Source: Mobula hypostoma (lineage: Eukaryota). Taken from it: a DNA stretch of 64,000 nucleotides. The notes beneath the pieces were generated by a model, which worked only from the letters and a program-made list of their open reading frames with translations, was not told the origin of the DNA and did no database searches. Shown piece by piece: positions 38,232 through 50,740 of the stretch. The stretch covers positions 112,222,001 through 112,286,000 of the forward strand of contig NC_086097.1 of assembly GCF_963921235.1 (NCBI RefSeq), given 5' to 3'. A program made the translations under genes and the position numbers. Every line of letters begins with the position of its first letter. Position 1 is the first letter of the stretch.

Positions 38232-38881
38232 AGAAACATAGAAACATAGAAAATAGGTGCAGGAGTAGGCCATTCGGCCCTTCGAGCCTGCACCGCCATT
38301 TATTATGATCATGGCTGATCATCCAACTCAGAACCCAGCCTTCCCTCCATACCCCGTGACCCCTGTAGCCACAAGGGCCATATCTAACTTCCTTTTAAAC
38401 ATAGCTAATGAACTGGCCTCAACAGTTTGCTGTGGCAGAGAATTCCACAGATTCACCACTCTCTGTGTGAAGAAGTTTTTCCTAACCTCGGTCCTAAAAG
38501 GCTTCCCCTCTATCCTCAAACTGTGACCCCTCGTTCTAGACCTCCCCAACATCGGGAACAATCTTCCCGCATCTAGCCTGTCCAATCCCTTTAGGATCTT
38601 ATACGTTTCAATCAGATCCCCCCTCAATCTTCTAAATTCCAACGAGTACAAGCCCAGTTCATCCAGTCTTTCTTCATATGAAAGACCTGCCATCCCAGGA
38701 ATCAATCTGGTGAACCTTCTTTGTACTCCCTCTATGGCAAGGATGTCTTTCCTCAGATTAGGGGACCAAAACTGCACACAATACTCCAGGTGTGGTCTCA
38801 CCAAGGCCTTGTACAACTGCAGTAGTACCTCCCTGCTCCTGTACTCGAATCCTCTCGCTATAAATGCCAGCATACCGTTCG
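38232..38881 (-). mobile_element. Young 5'-truncated CR1 copy
   Basis: Uninterrupted ORF2 C-terminus near-identical to 14063-14720. Perfect 10-bp TSD CATCCAAGAT at 38222-38231 and 38882-38891. Confidence 0.95.
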
Positions 38882-39290
38882 CATCCAAGATGATAATAAA
38901 TACAGTGACTCGTGGCTTACAACTAATCCTCTATAATGACAGTAGCAACATCCTGCAATTGGAGAATTAGACAATTATCTAAACTGTTTTCTGCTAGCTA
39001 CTGAGCTAATTGGCTCATGAGGTCAATGCTTCACATCAATTCAGTTTTAGATAATAATCCTTTATGAGCAACTGTCAAATGGATTTCCAAAATCCATACG
39101 GTGAACATTTACAAATACTGTTTATTCCATGACTTTAGTCAGCCTTTCAAAATATTTATGTTCAAAGTACATTTATTACCAAAATATGTATACATTATAT
39201 GACCTTGATATTTGTCTCCTTTTTGGCAGCCTCAAAACAAAGAAACCCCAAAAGAACCCATTAAAAAAAAGAATGTCAAACACCCTATGC

Positions 39291-39292
<2 letters not shown>

Positions 39293-39320
<28 letters not shown>
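39293..39320. repeat. (AG)n microsatellite
   Basis: Directly visible. Confidence 0.95.
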
Positions 39321-39326
<6 letters not shown>

Positions 39327-40269
39327 ATCTTGCAAACAATAGGAGTAAACTAAGAGGGTCAGATCTGATGAAGTTTTACAAAAGGCTCGAAGCCAGGCAT
39401 TACTGCAGCTGATCAGTTCACTGCAAAGCTGAGTAACTGTTGCGAGAGCACAGGAACGAAAACCGATCTTACTGGGAACTAGATAAGACTGAATAGAAAC
39501 ACATTGGAATAGGTTTGGTGCTGGGTAATTCAGCAAGTGTGACTCGGTAACTGTAGCCATGCAGTGTATTATTTCAAATGAAGAGTTTGATCAGCAGTAG
39601 AAACTAAATGTTTTTTTTCATAGAATGTCCACTTGGTTGATTCAATTACCTATATTTAGTTAAATGGGGTCCCAGCTAGCAAACACCATTAGCCTGAAGC
39701 TTAATGTTTCCAGATCTCTTTTGCCAATCTTACTTCAATACTGTCCTGTAGTTGGCAAGGTTCACTTGATGTAAATGAGACATGCCAGTGCCCTTATCCG
39801 GTATCATCTGTTCAAGCTTTCAATACTTTCAGGTTTTCAATACTAAAAGTTTAGATACACCTAATAATCTATTAAAAATGAAATAAACCATCCCATATTA
39901 TTAAAAATAATTAATTTAAATATATAAAATCTGTAATTACTAAAACATAGACATTTTAAGTTTTTAGAAGTATCAAAGTAAATACAAATAATGGAATAAT
40001 GCAGCTTTCTTCTTCACACCCATAAAATTGTACTTCAGATTTATGGGCCTGCAGATCCTTTACCAGGATCTGAGAGCTGATACTGACAAGCTTGAACAAA
40101 TCCTTGTTTTAGAGTTGGGCTCTTTATGAAGTGCCATAGTGGCAGAGTACAGCGGAATTGCTAGTGTCGGCACTGAGATTGATAGTTAAGCATTTGCAAA
40201 GTACTCCAGAAAACTGCAAAATAAGCATTGGCAAACCAAGCAAAAGGAGGAGAAACAAGGGTCTATGCG

Positions 40270-40612
40270 GGTCCTGGAATCTGGAGCGAAGTAACAAGTT
40301 CTGAAAGAACCCAGCAGGTCAAGCAGCATCTGTTGAAGTTAAGGGATGTTTGAAGTTTTGGGGTGAGACTCTACGTCAGGCGAAATGTGTAGGGGGCAGG
40401 TGGCCAGTTCATAAAAGTGGAAGGGAATGATATAGTTTGTAGTCATAATAATGGGAATGTTCTCTCTACCCTCCCCCCAGCTTTTAAATCTACTCCTCAG
40501 TTTTTCTTCTCCAGTCCTGCTGAAGGGTCTCGGCCTGAAACTGCGACCATACTTTTTCCCATAGATGCTGCCTGGGCTGCTGAGTTCCTCCAGCATTCTG
40601 TGTGTGTTGCTC
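40270..40612. mobile_element. Inverted pair of Penelope terminal-repeat fragments with decayed hammerheads
   Basis: Minus copy at ~40270-40380. Plus copy at ~40465-40612 contains CAGTCCTGCTGAAGGGTCTCGGCCTGAAAC. Confidence 0.7.
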
Positions 40613-42289
40613 AGTTAGCAGATTAATTGGTCGCATGGTGCAATTGGTGGTGTGGGCTCATTGGGCTGGAAGGGGTTGTTACCATGTTATATCTTTAAAA
40701 TAAAAATTTACAACTTGCTGTGTGCACATTGGTTGATACATCACTATCAGCAACCACACTTCAGAAATACATGTTTGACTTTTAGTTTGGAATGTCCTGA
40801 TTTTACGAAGGACGCAATATTAATGCAAATCTTTTCTCTTTCTGACTAACAAAGTTAAACATGGTGTCCATTTACATAAAATTTTAGGCTACATTGACGC
40901 CAAGACAATAAATAGACACACAACTTCAGTAATGGAATTGCAGTTCGGAAGAAAGCAGGCTTAGTAATTGATCTCTCAACAACATAATTTCCTAAGCAAA
41001 TTGAACACTGTTCTCCCAGAATTCAACAGACTTTAATGTATTATAATAATGGTTCTGTTGACAATACGCGTGAAGCTAATCAAGCCAATTTTGTAGGTTA
41101 GCTTGTCACACTTCTTTGTACAAGTGTAATTCTCAGGATCAGCCTCTGATATGAATATATGCTTCATGTTGCTGTATAATGACAGAAAAAAACAAAGCTA
41201 TTTCTAGCTGTGGAAACTTAAAGGACAAATAACAGCATCATTCCAAACAGATTATACACCTACATCATTACGCACAGGATTGTATGTCACCACACAGCTG
41301 GGGAAATGATGAGCAAACTCCAGGCATAACAGAGAACTGTTCTCTCTGGAACCAGCTAGAGAGAAACAAAAATCTGTTCTGAATGCTCTACACACAATAC
41401 ACAAACCTAAGAGTAATTCTTTGTATGTGTCTCAGAACTTTATAAACATCATTATTGTGAAGTATTTGCATGGTTTTCCGTAGATAGAAAAATGAAGGAT
41501 TACTGAGAAATGTTGCAATTTCAGTTAAGAATATTTCATGTGGTATTTTGATGATTTCTCAAAATATTACTGGTTAGATTTCACAATCCGAAAGAAGAAC
41601 AAAGGTTATGTTTTCATTTGTTCTCTACAGTGACCATTGTTCTCAAATGTTACCCCTCACCAGCAAATTTATTCTTATAACTTTTAATTCAAATCAGCTA
41701 ATAAATGCATCACTTGCAACAATTTACATTTTAAAATTCCATCCAGTGAAGCTTCCTTTTTTGGAACCGTCATTACAGTGTCTATTAATACACAGCACAC
41801 ATGACCTGCTAATGATGAAGTCTTTCTCCTAAGATCCATACCATTACAGAAGCAGTTGTCAGCCTATCCAATTCACTTCATTTAATATTATGAATAAGCT
41901 GAAAGCACAACATTTGGCAGAGGCTTTGGGCTCAAGCAATATTCTATCTGCAGTACTGAAGACTATTTATGTCTGCAGCCAAAGAGCTCTTTAACAGTTA
42001 CACCCTGTTAGCCATCTGACAATGTGAAAAAGTTGTTCCAAAAGAGGACAATTTCAAATCAGCAATTTCCTTCACACATCACAATTGAGGTTCCGAAATG
42101 ACATCCAATCAACTCATTGATAAGTATATAAAGTCCAAGCATTTGGAGAACACGTCGCAATCAACAGTGCACTGACAATGTCTCCTCACATGGTGATGAA
42201 ACGATTGCAAGTAAATTTCCGAGATCTGAGAACATATCAACCCAACCATCAACCACCTGAGATACAGACCTTCCAAATTATTACCATCA

Positions 42290-44870
42290 GCTAATTGTTA
42301 TCCAGTGTACTTTCAGTCATTAGCAAACTGATGGAAGGTGTAGTGAACGGTTGAATCAAACAGTACTTACTCAGTAGCAACCTGTTCACTAATATCCACT
42401 CAGGTTTCATCAGAAACACGTTGCTCCAGACTTCATTACACCCTTGGTCCAAACATAAATCAAAGAGCTGAAATCTAAAAGTAAGTCGGGAGTAATGTCA
42501 AGGCAGAATTTGACCAAGTGTGGCATTAAGGAGCCTTGATAATTCTTAGGTCAATGAGCATCAAGGACGTAATACTCCAATGCTTGAAATCTTATTTCAT
42601 ATAAAAGAAGATGACTGTGGTGTTTGGATGCCATTTATTCCAACCCCAGGACATCATTGCAGGAATTACTTGGCACTGTGTATCAGACCCAATTATATTC
42701 AGCTGCCTCATCATTGAACTTCCTTTCTTCACTTGGGTAGAAGTGAGAAGTGGGAACGCCTGTCAGTCGTATCTCCTGTGCAAATGAGGCAGCTCTTGCT
42801 CGCATGTAGCAAGATCGAAACATGAGCTGATAAACATAGAACATAGAAATCTACAGCTCATTATAGACCCTTTGGCCCACACTGTTGTGCTGACAATGTA
42901 ACCTACTCTAGAAAATGCCTAGAGTTTCCCTACCGCATAGCCCTCTATTTTTCTAAGCTCTATGTACCTATCTAAGAGGCTCTTAAAAGACCCTATTGTA
43001 ACTGCTTCTAACACGATTACCGGCAGTGCATTCCATGCACCCACCACTCTCTGAGTGAAAAACTTACCCCTGACATCCCCTTGATACCTATTTCCAAGCA
43101 CCTTAAAATATGCCCCCTCGTGTTAGCCTTTTCAGCCCTGGGAAAAAGCCTCTGACTATCCACACGATCAATGCCTCTCATCACCTTTCATCCTCTGTCG
43201 CTCCAAGGAGAAAAGGCCAAGTATACTCAACCTATTCTCATAAGGTATGCCCTCCAATCCAGGCAACATCCTTGTAAATCTCCTCTGCACCCTTTCTATG
43301 GCTTCCACATCCTTCCTATAGTGAGGCGACCAGAACTAAACACAGTACTCCAAATGGGGTCTGACCACGGTCTTCTATAGCTGTAACATTACCTCACGGC
43401 TCCTGAACTCAGTCCCACAGTTGATGAATACCAATGCACCATGTGCCTTCTTAACACCACTGTCAACCTATGCAGCAGCATTGAGTGTCCTATCGACACA
43501 GACCCCAAGATCTCTCAGATCCTTCACACTGCCAAGAGTCTTACCATTGATATTATATTCTGTCTTCAAATTGGACCTACCAAAATGAACCACTTCACAC
43601 TTATCTGGGTTGAAGTCCATCTGCCACTTTTCAGCCTAGTTTTGCATCCTACTGATGTCCCACTGTAACCTCTGATAACCCTCCAGACTATCCACAACAC
43701 CCCCAACATTTATGCCATCAGCAAATTTACTAACCCACCCTTCAACTTCTTAATCCAGGTCATTTATAAAAATCACAAAGAGGAAGAGTCCCAGAACAAA
43801 TCCCTGTGGAACACCACTGGTCACTGACCTCCATGCAGAATACGAACCATCTACAACCACCCTTTGCTTTCTGTGGACAAGCTAATTCTGGATCCACAAA
43901 GCAAGGTCTCCTTGTATCGCATGCCTCCTTACTTTCCGAAGGAGCCTTGCATGGGGAACCTTAAAAAGCTGAAATCTAAAAGTAAGTTGAGAGTAATATC
44001 AAGGCAGAATTTGACCAAGTGCAGTATTAAGAAGCCTTGATATCCTTAGGTCAATGAACATCAAGGACATAATACTCCAATGCTTGAAATCTTATTTCAT
44101 ATAAAAGAAGGTGACTGTGGTGTTTGGATGCCATTTATTCCAACCCCAGGACATCATTGCAGGAATTACTTGGCACAGTGTATCAGACCCAATTATATTC
44201 AGCTGCCTCATCATTGAACTTCCTTTCTTCACTTGGGTAGAAGTGAGAAGTGGGAACGCCTGTCAGTTGCAGCACAATGTTCAATTCTGTTTGTATCTCC
44301 TGTGCAAATGAGGCAGCTCTTGCCCGCATGCAGCAAGATCTAAACATGGGCTGATAAGGAATAACAAAAATTCATATCACATATGTGACAAGCAGTGACC
44401 ATCTCCAACAGGAGAGCATCTAAATTAACATTCAATGGCATTATCATTATTAAGTCTCCCGCCCTGTGGCAGGGAGAGTGGGGCGGGGACCAGTAGTTCA
44501 TTATTCATTGCAGCAGCTACATTGAGATTGTGGCTACAAGACCAGGTCACAGGATGAGTTTCCTATGATGAATGACTCACTTTCTATTGTCTGACAACCT
44601 TTCCACCATGACAATTATACATATTGGGAGCATCATGGATTACTCTCTATTGTTTCTAATGAGCGGGACTCTAGTAATACCCTACACGTTTTATATGATC
44701 TAGGTCAAAGCAGTTGGTTTCATTGGCACACAATGGTCCTAAACATTCATTGGCTCCACTGCCAAAACACAAGCAGCATAATGTCACTAGTCTATTCCAG
44801 TAGCATCTCCCACATCTGTAACATTTAACATCAGATGCTATCTTGTTGGCTTTTCACACAACTCTGGAAA
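42290..44870 (+). mobile_element. Ancient CR1/L2-group LINE RT remnant, interrupted and partly duplicated
   Basis: Decayed LSVISKLMEGVVN, PDFITPLVQT and AEFDQVWH motifs. Right boundary is approximate. Confidence 0.6.
42834..43966 (-). mobile_element. CR1 5'-truncated insertion
   Basis: ACATAGAACATAGAA tail at 42834, RGKFFTQRVVGAWNALP, and upstream GVPQG and KFADG remnants. Confidence 0.85.
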
Positions 44871-44887
44871 ATCAGGATGATCTTTAT

Positions 44888-46152
44888 CGATTACAGCTCA
44901 GCATTTAACACCATCATCCCCTCAAAACTAATCAGTAAACTCCAAGACATCGGCCTCAATACCCCTTTGTGAAATTGGATCCTGGATTTCCTCACTTGTA
45001 GACCCCAGTCAGTTTGGATTGGCAAAAGCATCTCCTCCACAATCTCTATCAGCACAGGAGTGCCACAGGGATGTGTTCTGCTCACTTCATACCTATGACT
45101 GTGTGGCTAAGTACAGCTCCAGCATCATATACAAGTTTGCAGATGACACCACTATTGTGGGCTGTATCAAAGGGGGTGATGAATCAGCATCAGAAGGGAG
45201 ATTGAAAACTTGGCTGAGTGGTGTAATAACAATAACCTTTCCCTCAATGTCAATAAGATCAAGGAACCGATCAGGAGCGGAAAACTAGAGGTCCATAAGC
45301 CAGTAAACATTGAGGATCATAGGTGGTTAATAACTTTGAATTCCTGGGTGTCACCATCTCAGAGGACCTGTCCTGGACCGATCACATAAATATTATTGCG
45401 AATAAATCATGACAGCACCTCTACATGCTCGGGAGTCTGCGGAGGTTTGGCATGTCATCAAAAACCTTGGCAAACTTCTTCAGATATGTGGTGCAAAGTG
45501 TGTTCTCTGGCTGCATTGCAGCCTGGTATGGGAACACCAATGCGTTTGATCAGGAAGTCCTACAAAAGATAGTGGATTTGGCACAGTACAACCATTGAGC
45601 ACATCTACGTGAAACATTGCCGTAGAAAAACAGCATTCATCATCAAAGATCTTCACCACCCAGGCCATGCTCCCTTCTCGCTGCTGCCAACAGGTAGAAG
45701 GTACAGGTGCCTCAGGACTTGCATGTTCAAGAACAGTTACTACCTCTCAACCATCAGGCTGTTGAACAAAAGGGGATACCACTCTTCCTTCAGTTAGTCC
45801 TGACGAAGGGTCTCGGCCTGAAACGTCGCTGCACCTCTTCCTATAGATGCTGCTTGGCCTGCTGCGTTCACCAGCAACTTTGATGTATGTTGCTTGAATT
45901 TCCAGCATCTGCAGAATTCCTGTTGTTTGCGTTAAGCTCATATAAGGACTCTGTTATATTGTTATTTCATGCTCGTTATTTATTGCTATTTAGTTATATC
46001 TGCGCAGTCTACAGTTAGCAGTTCCTGATGTTTACAGTTTCCAGTTACTGCTCTGTAGATTTGCTAAGTATGCCCACAGAAAAAGAAACTCAGGGTTGTA
46101 TATAGTAACTTATATGTACTCTGACAATAAATTTTAACTTGAACTTTGAACT
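44888..46152 (+). mobile_element. Rex1/Babar LINE fragment containing a Penelope pLTR at ~45781-45932
   Basis: [21 protein letters not shown] and IIKDLHHPGH motifs, ending in a (ACTTTGA)n tail. Confidence 0.85.
45795..45831 (+). ncRNA. Minimal hammerhead motif (1-nt deletion in helix I)
   Basis: UAGUC-CUGACGA-A-GGG-UCUCGG-CCU-GAAAC-GUC-GCUG. Confidence 0.7.
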
Positions 46153-46683
46153 TTGATCAAGACAAACAATAGTAACATCCTTGTCCCCTTGCAAGTCAGT
46201 AGCTGTTGTTACCCTATTGCTTCTGGGACAAATAACTGGAATTCCCATCCAACAATATTCAAACAGTATCCTCACTGGAAAGACTGCATGGCTGAAGGAA
46301 ATGGCTGACCAACACCTTCTCAGGTTCAGTTTGAGATGGACAGTAAAGGTTGGCCCTGCTGATAACCTCCACATCCCTAAAATACTAAAATACATTCTGA
46401 GAAAATCAAAGGACTCTATTTTCTTTAAGTCACCTCAACTCTGAACTGGTTCTGCAATCAATTGATTCGCTTTTAAGGACTCAATAACTCATCTACTATT
46501 TATTGGTTTATTTATTTATTGTACTTGCATAGCCTGTCCTCATTTGTACATTGGTTGCTTGTCGCTCTTTGTCTGTGTGTAGCTTTTCGTTGATTCTATT
46601 GTATTTCTTTGTTCTACTGTGAATGCCTGCAAGAAAATGAATCTCAGGGTAGGTTTTGGTGACACATATGTACCTTAATAATA

Positions 46684-49600
46684 CTTTTCCGAGGATTATC
46701 TCCTCGTCATTGTGGAGCAGCTGATGAGTTCCTGAGATCCTGAGAACAATGTCGTTTGGAGTTTTAGCTCCTGCTAGGTTCACCCATGTCCCTAAGGTCA
46801 AGGGAAAAGATCCAGACAAGACCTCAGTGATGGAACGGGCGAAAGATGATGACACACCAGTGAAGGTGGAAGAAGGCTGCAGCAGTGAGGAGTCCCTAGT
46901 TGTCTCGCATGCAATGCCACTGGACACTGACCCTGACCCTGACCCTGACCCTGACCTGTCAAGGTGGCTGCCCATGCTTCACTCTCCCCCTGATAAACAA
47001 AGTCACACATGGATGTTCTCCATTCAGGGAATCCACCCTACCATCCCGGATTAAGCCCTGAGCAAATCAGCCAGTGCCAAAAGGGACAGCATTGTGATGT
47101 CTGGAAGCCATTAGTCATGAGCAGGCACATTGGACGGTGGGTGTTTGATTCAGTCGCTGGGCTCTCGGACTGATGCAGAAAGAGCTCTTCGGTAGATACA
47201 CCCATGAGAAAGCAGCACTGTTTAGGATCCACACTGTTCATCCCACTTGGAAAAGGGGGCTGGAAAAGGTAACCTAATAATAGCCTGCCCCAAACTCTCC
47301 TGACTGTATCACCGTATGTAATCAGAGCCAAAGAAACATGGCCTTGAGAGCCTAGAATGTGCGCACTCTGATAAACCAATGCAACCAGTGATCAACCAGA
47401 GAGGACAACTGAGATCACTGCCAGAAACTGAAAAAGAGCCCTTCTATGATTGCCTTATTGATACACTGTCAATCATCTCCAAGGAGTATAGTATCATTCT
47501 CCTAGAGGACTTCAATGCCAGAGTCAGTCGGGACTTCAACCTTTGGAAGGGTACCATAAGAAAGGAAGGCATTGGTAACATCAACTCAAATGAAGAACTA
47601 CTTCGCACTGTATTTTCTGAGCACAATCTTATCATCACAAACACTCTCCTCCACCAGAAAAACAAAATCAAGGCATCTTGGCAGCATCCCAATCTAAAGA
47701 GTGACATCTTATTGACAAAGTCACTGCCTGAGCTAGCAACCACTGTGATGTGAGTATCACAAGGGCTATGATTGGCACAGATGAATGTTGGACAGATCAT
47801 TGCTGATCCGCCCCACTATATCAATCAGACAAATAAAACTAGGAGGATTCATAAGAAGTAGACTAGGCCAAGATAGAAACTTGAGTGCCTGCTTGACACT
47901 GCCACCCAGCAGCACTGTTAGACCTCATTTGGGGCAAACCTCCAATGGGAATATCTGGAGGTTATCAAAGAACACTGGGGTTTGCTTCAATCCACTATCC
48001 TCAATACTTGCAAAAATATCCTTGGGTACAAGTCCAGAAAGCATCAGGATTGATTTGATGATAATGACATGGAAATAGAACAAGTTATCGCCAAAAAAAG
48101 GAAAGCCTTTCGTGCCTGGCAGAATGACATTGGCAACAAGCTCAAAAGAGAAGCATATTCCAGAGCCAAGGCAAATATCCAGCAGAGGGTGAGGGAGCTA
48201 CAGAATTCTTGGTAGACTGCAAAAACCCTGGAAATCCAGAGACTGACAGGCTCTGGTGATATGAGAGGCTTCTTCAGTGCTACCAAAGCTGGCTACAGTC
48301 CAAGTTTCTGCAGATTAATTCCCCAGGACTCAAGGATAGGAGTAACTTGCTAAAGGATCAGAAAGATATCAACTCAACGATAGATGGAGAGAGGATTTTC
48401 AAGAACTTAATTGCAACAGGACTGCTGAACCAAAGATTATTAACCAAACCTTCCAGAGACCTGTGAGAGAAGACATGGGGGAGCCTCTCATTATGAAAGA
48501 GGTCCATGATACCATTAGGAGCCTGGAAAGCAACAAAGCCACTGGTCCTGATGGGGTCCCAGCAGACATCCTCAAGGAAAGTGGACCAGCACTCCAGTAT
48601 CACGTACATACCCTGCGTTTGAAAGTCTCGGAAGTGGAACAACTGCTCTCAGAGCTCAGAGATACTCTAATAGTGACCGTTTTTAAGAAGGGAGACACGG
48701 CAGATTGCAGCAGTAATAGACGAATCTCCCTCCTGTCAACAACAGGCAGAGTACTTGCACATATTCTTGCCAACCAACTCCTTCCGCTATCTGAAGAAGT
48801 ACTCACTTAATCCTAGTGTGGTTTCTGCCCAACCAGAGGTACACCACACCAATTTCAGGAAAACATCATGAACAAAGCCAACCCTGGAACTTGGCTTTCA
48901 CAGAATTGACAAAAGGCATCTAATACCATAGACTGTGAAGCTTTCTGGTATATAGTATCAAGACATGGCTGCCCTGACAAGTACTTGCGAAAACAGAGGC
49001 CACTGCATGATGGCATGTCAGCCACTGTACTAGCAATATTGATGCTGAATCAGAACCCTTCACTGTCAATGCAGGAGTCAAACAGGGCTGTATCACTGCA
49101 CCCACTATATTTGCCATCTTTATTGCTGTCATCCTTCAACTCATTGGTCAAGACCTGCTTCAGGGAATCCCAGACATGTATAGAATGGACAAGACATTTC
49201 AACCTCAGCCAATGCCCAACTAGCCACTTATCTAGCCCTCCATAAAAGCTGACAATATCACCCTTGAAAATGTAGATCACTTTCCCTACTTTGGCAGTGT
49301 TCTCTCCTCAAAACAGACAACAACTCAGAGATCACCACCGCCTGAGTAGTACTAGTGGGGCCTATGCAAAGTTAAGGAAAAGAGAATGCAACCTCCAGGC
49401 CCTAACAAAATTTTTGGTCTATAGAGCAGTCGTCCTTCCTATATCACTGTATGGAGCTTAATCATGGACCAGCTACAACAGGCACCCAAAAGTCCTGGAA
49501 CAATGCCACCAGAGAGCTGTACAAAAGATTTTGAGGATCATCTGGAAGGACACACGCACTAACACCAGTGTACTGGAGAAGGCCAACATGAACAGCATCT

Positions 49601-50048
49601 CCATCAAGATAAATCCACACTAACTCCGATGTCGTCCGGATGCCTGGCTAACTAACAGACAGATCCTTTGAAGGAAGGTCAGCAAGCCACTTATGGGCAA
49701 AGGGAATGCTTCAAAGATAACGTCAAAATCAGCTTGAAAAAAATTCAACATTACATCTAAAATGGGAAGACATTGCATTCAATAGATCACCGGGAGGAAA
49801 TTTTTTCAAGAGGGAAATGCGCTGCATGAGAGCAGTCTCCACTGTGTCGCAGGGAAAAATGGCAGCTGTGAAAGGAGAGACTGAACAACCAAAACCACAG
49901 CCACTGTTTACCCTTGCTCACCCTGCACCAGAATATGTGAACCCTGGATTGGTTTCTGCAGCTTCCAGAGGTCCCACCAATAGACAACACCTTAGGAGAA
50001 TGATCACACTCAACTCAAATGACCGCACCACTACTACTATTTTTATTA
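46684..50048 (+). mobile_element. Near full-length decayed RTE-clade LINE
   Basis: RTE-type 5' head. EN remnant IILLEDFNARV..NLIITNT..SWQHP. RT-proximal NKATGPDGVPADILK..FKKGD..RISLLS and GVKQGC. Decayed TSD CTTAATAATA / TTTGATAACA inside a LINE tail. Confidence 0.85.
46928..46956. repeat. (TGACCC)n hexamer repeat
   Basis: Directly visible inside the RTE 5' region. Confidence 0.9.
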
Positions 50049-50169
50049 TTTGATAACAAATTTACTTTGAACTTTGAATCTGTTGGTTTTAAATTACCTG
50101 CAGGCTAGTGCATTTATAGTGCTCACGGTTTTTGAAGCATACTAACGATAACATGAATGCAGTCTTGAA

Positions 50170-50740
50170 ACTACAGGAGATGGGATGTTATGTTGAAGTT
50201 GTACAAGACATTGGTGAGGTCAGATTTGGAGTATTATGCACAGTTTGGTCACCTACCTAAGGAAAGATGTAAATAAGGTTGAAAGAGTCAGAGAGAATTC
50301 ACAAGGATGTTACCACGTCTGGAAGAATGGCATTGTAAAGGAAGATTGAATAGGTTAGGACATTTTCCTTGAAGCGCAGAAGTTTGAGAGGAGATTTCAC
50401 AGAGGTATACAAAATTATGAGGGGTAAAGATAAAGTAACTGCAAGCAGGCTTTTTCCACTGAGGTTGGGTGGGACTACAATCAGAGGTCTTGGGTTAATG
50501 GTGAAAGGTGAGAAGTTTAAGGGGAACATGAGGGGAAACTCAGAGGGTTTCAGTTGTGAAAGTGCAGAACCAGCTGCTATCACAAGTGGCATATGCAAGC
50601 TCAATTTCAATGTTTAAGAGAAGTTTGGATAGGTGGATAGATGGTAGGGGCGTGGAGGCTATAGTTCTGGTGCAGGTCGATGGCACAGACCAGATGAGCT
50701 GAAGGGCTTGTTTCTGTGCTAAACTTTTCTATGATTCTAT
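50170..50740 (+). mobile_element. CR1 3' fragment
   Basis: RRSLRGDFTEVYKIMRG..RLFPL followed by a TTCTATGA tail. Confidence 0.8.

Noticed and set aside
39374..39402. CTGATGA..CTCGAAG hammerhead look-alike
   Set aside because: It has GAAG instead of GAAA and no supportable helix I or III.
40064..40213. 150-bp minus-strand segment with plausible splice signals (TTATTTTGCAG / GTAAAG)
   Set aside because: All three frames contain stop codons and nothing else supports an exon.
46700..46760. Possible HDV-like (TCCTCG) or hammerhead (CTGATGAG) ribozyme at the RTE 5' end
   Set aside because: I could not assemble the required helices from this decayed copy.
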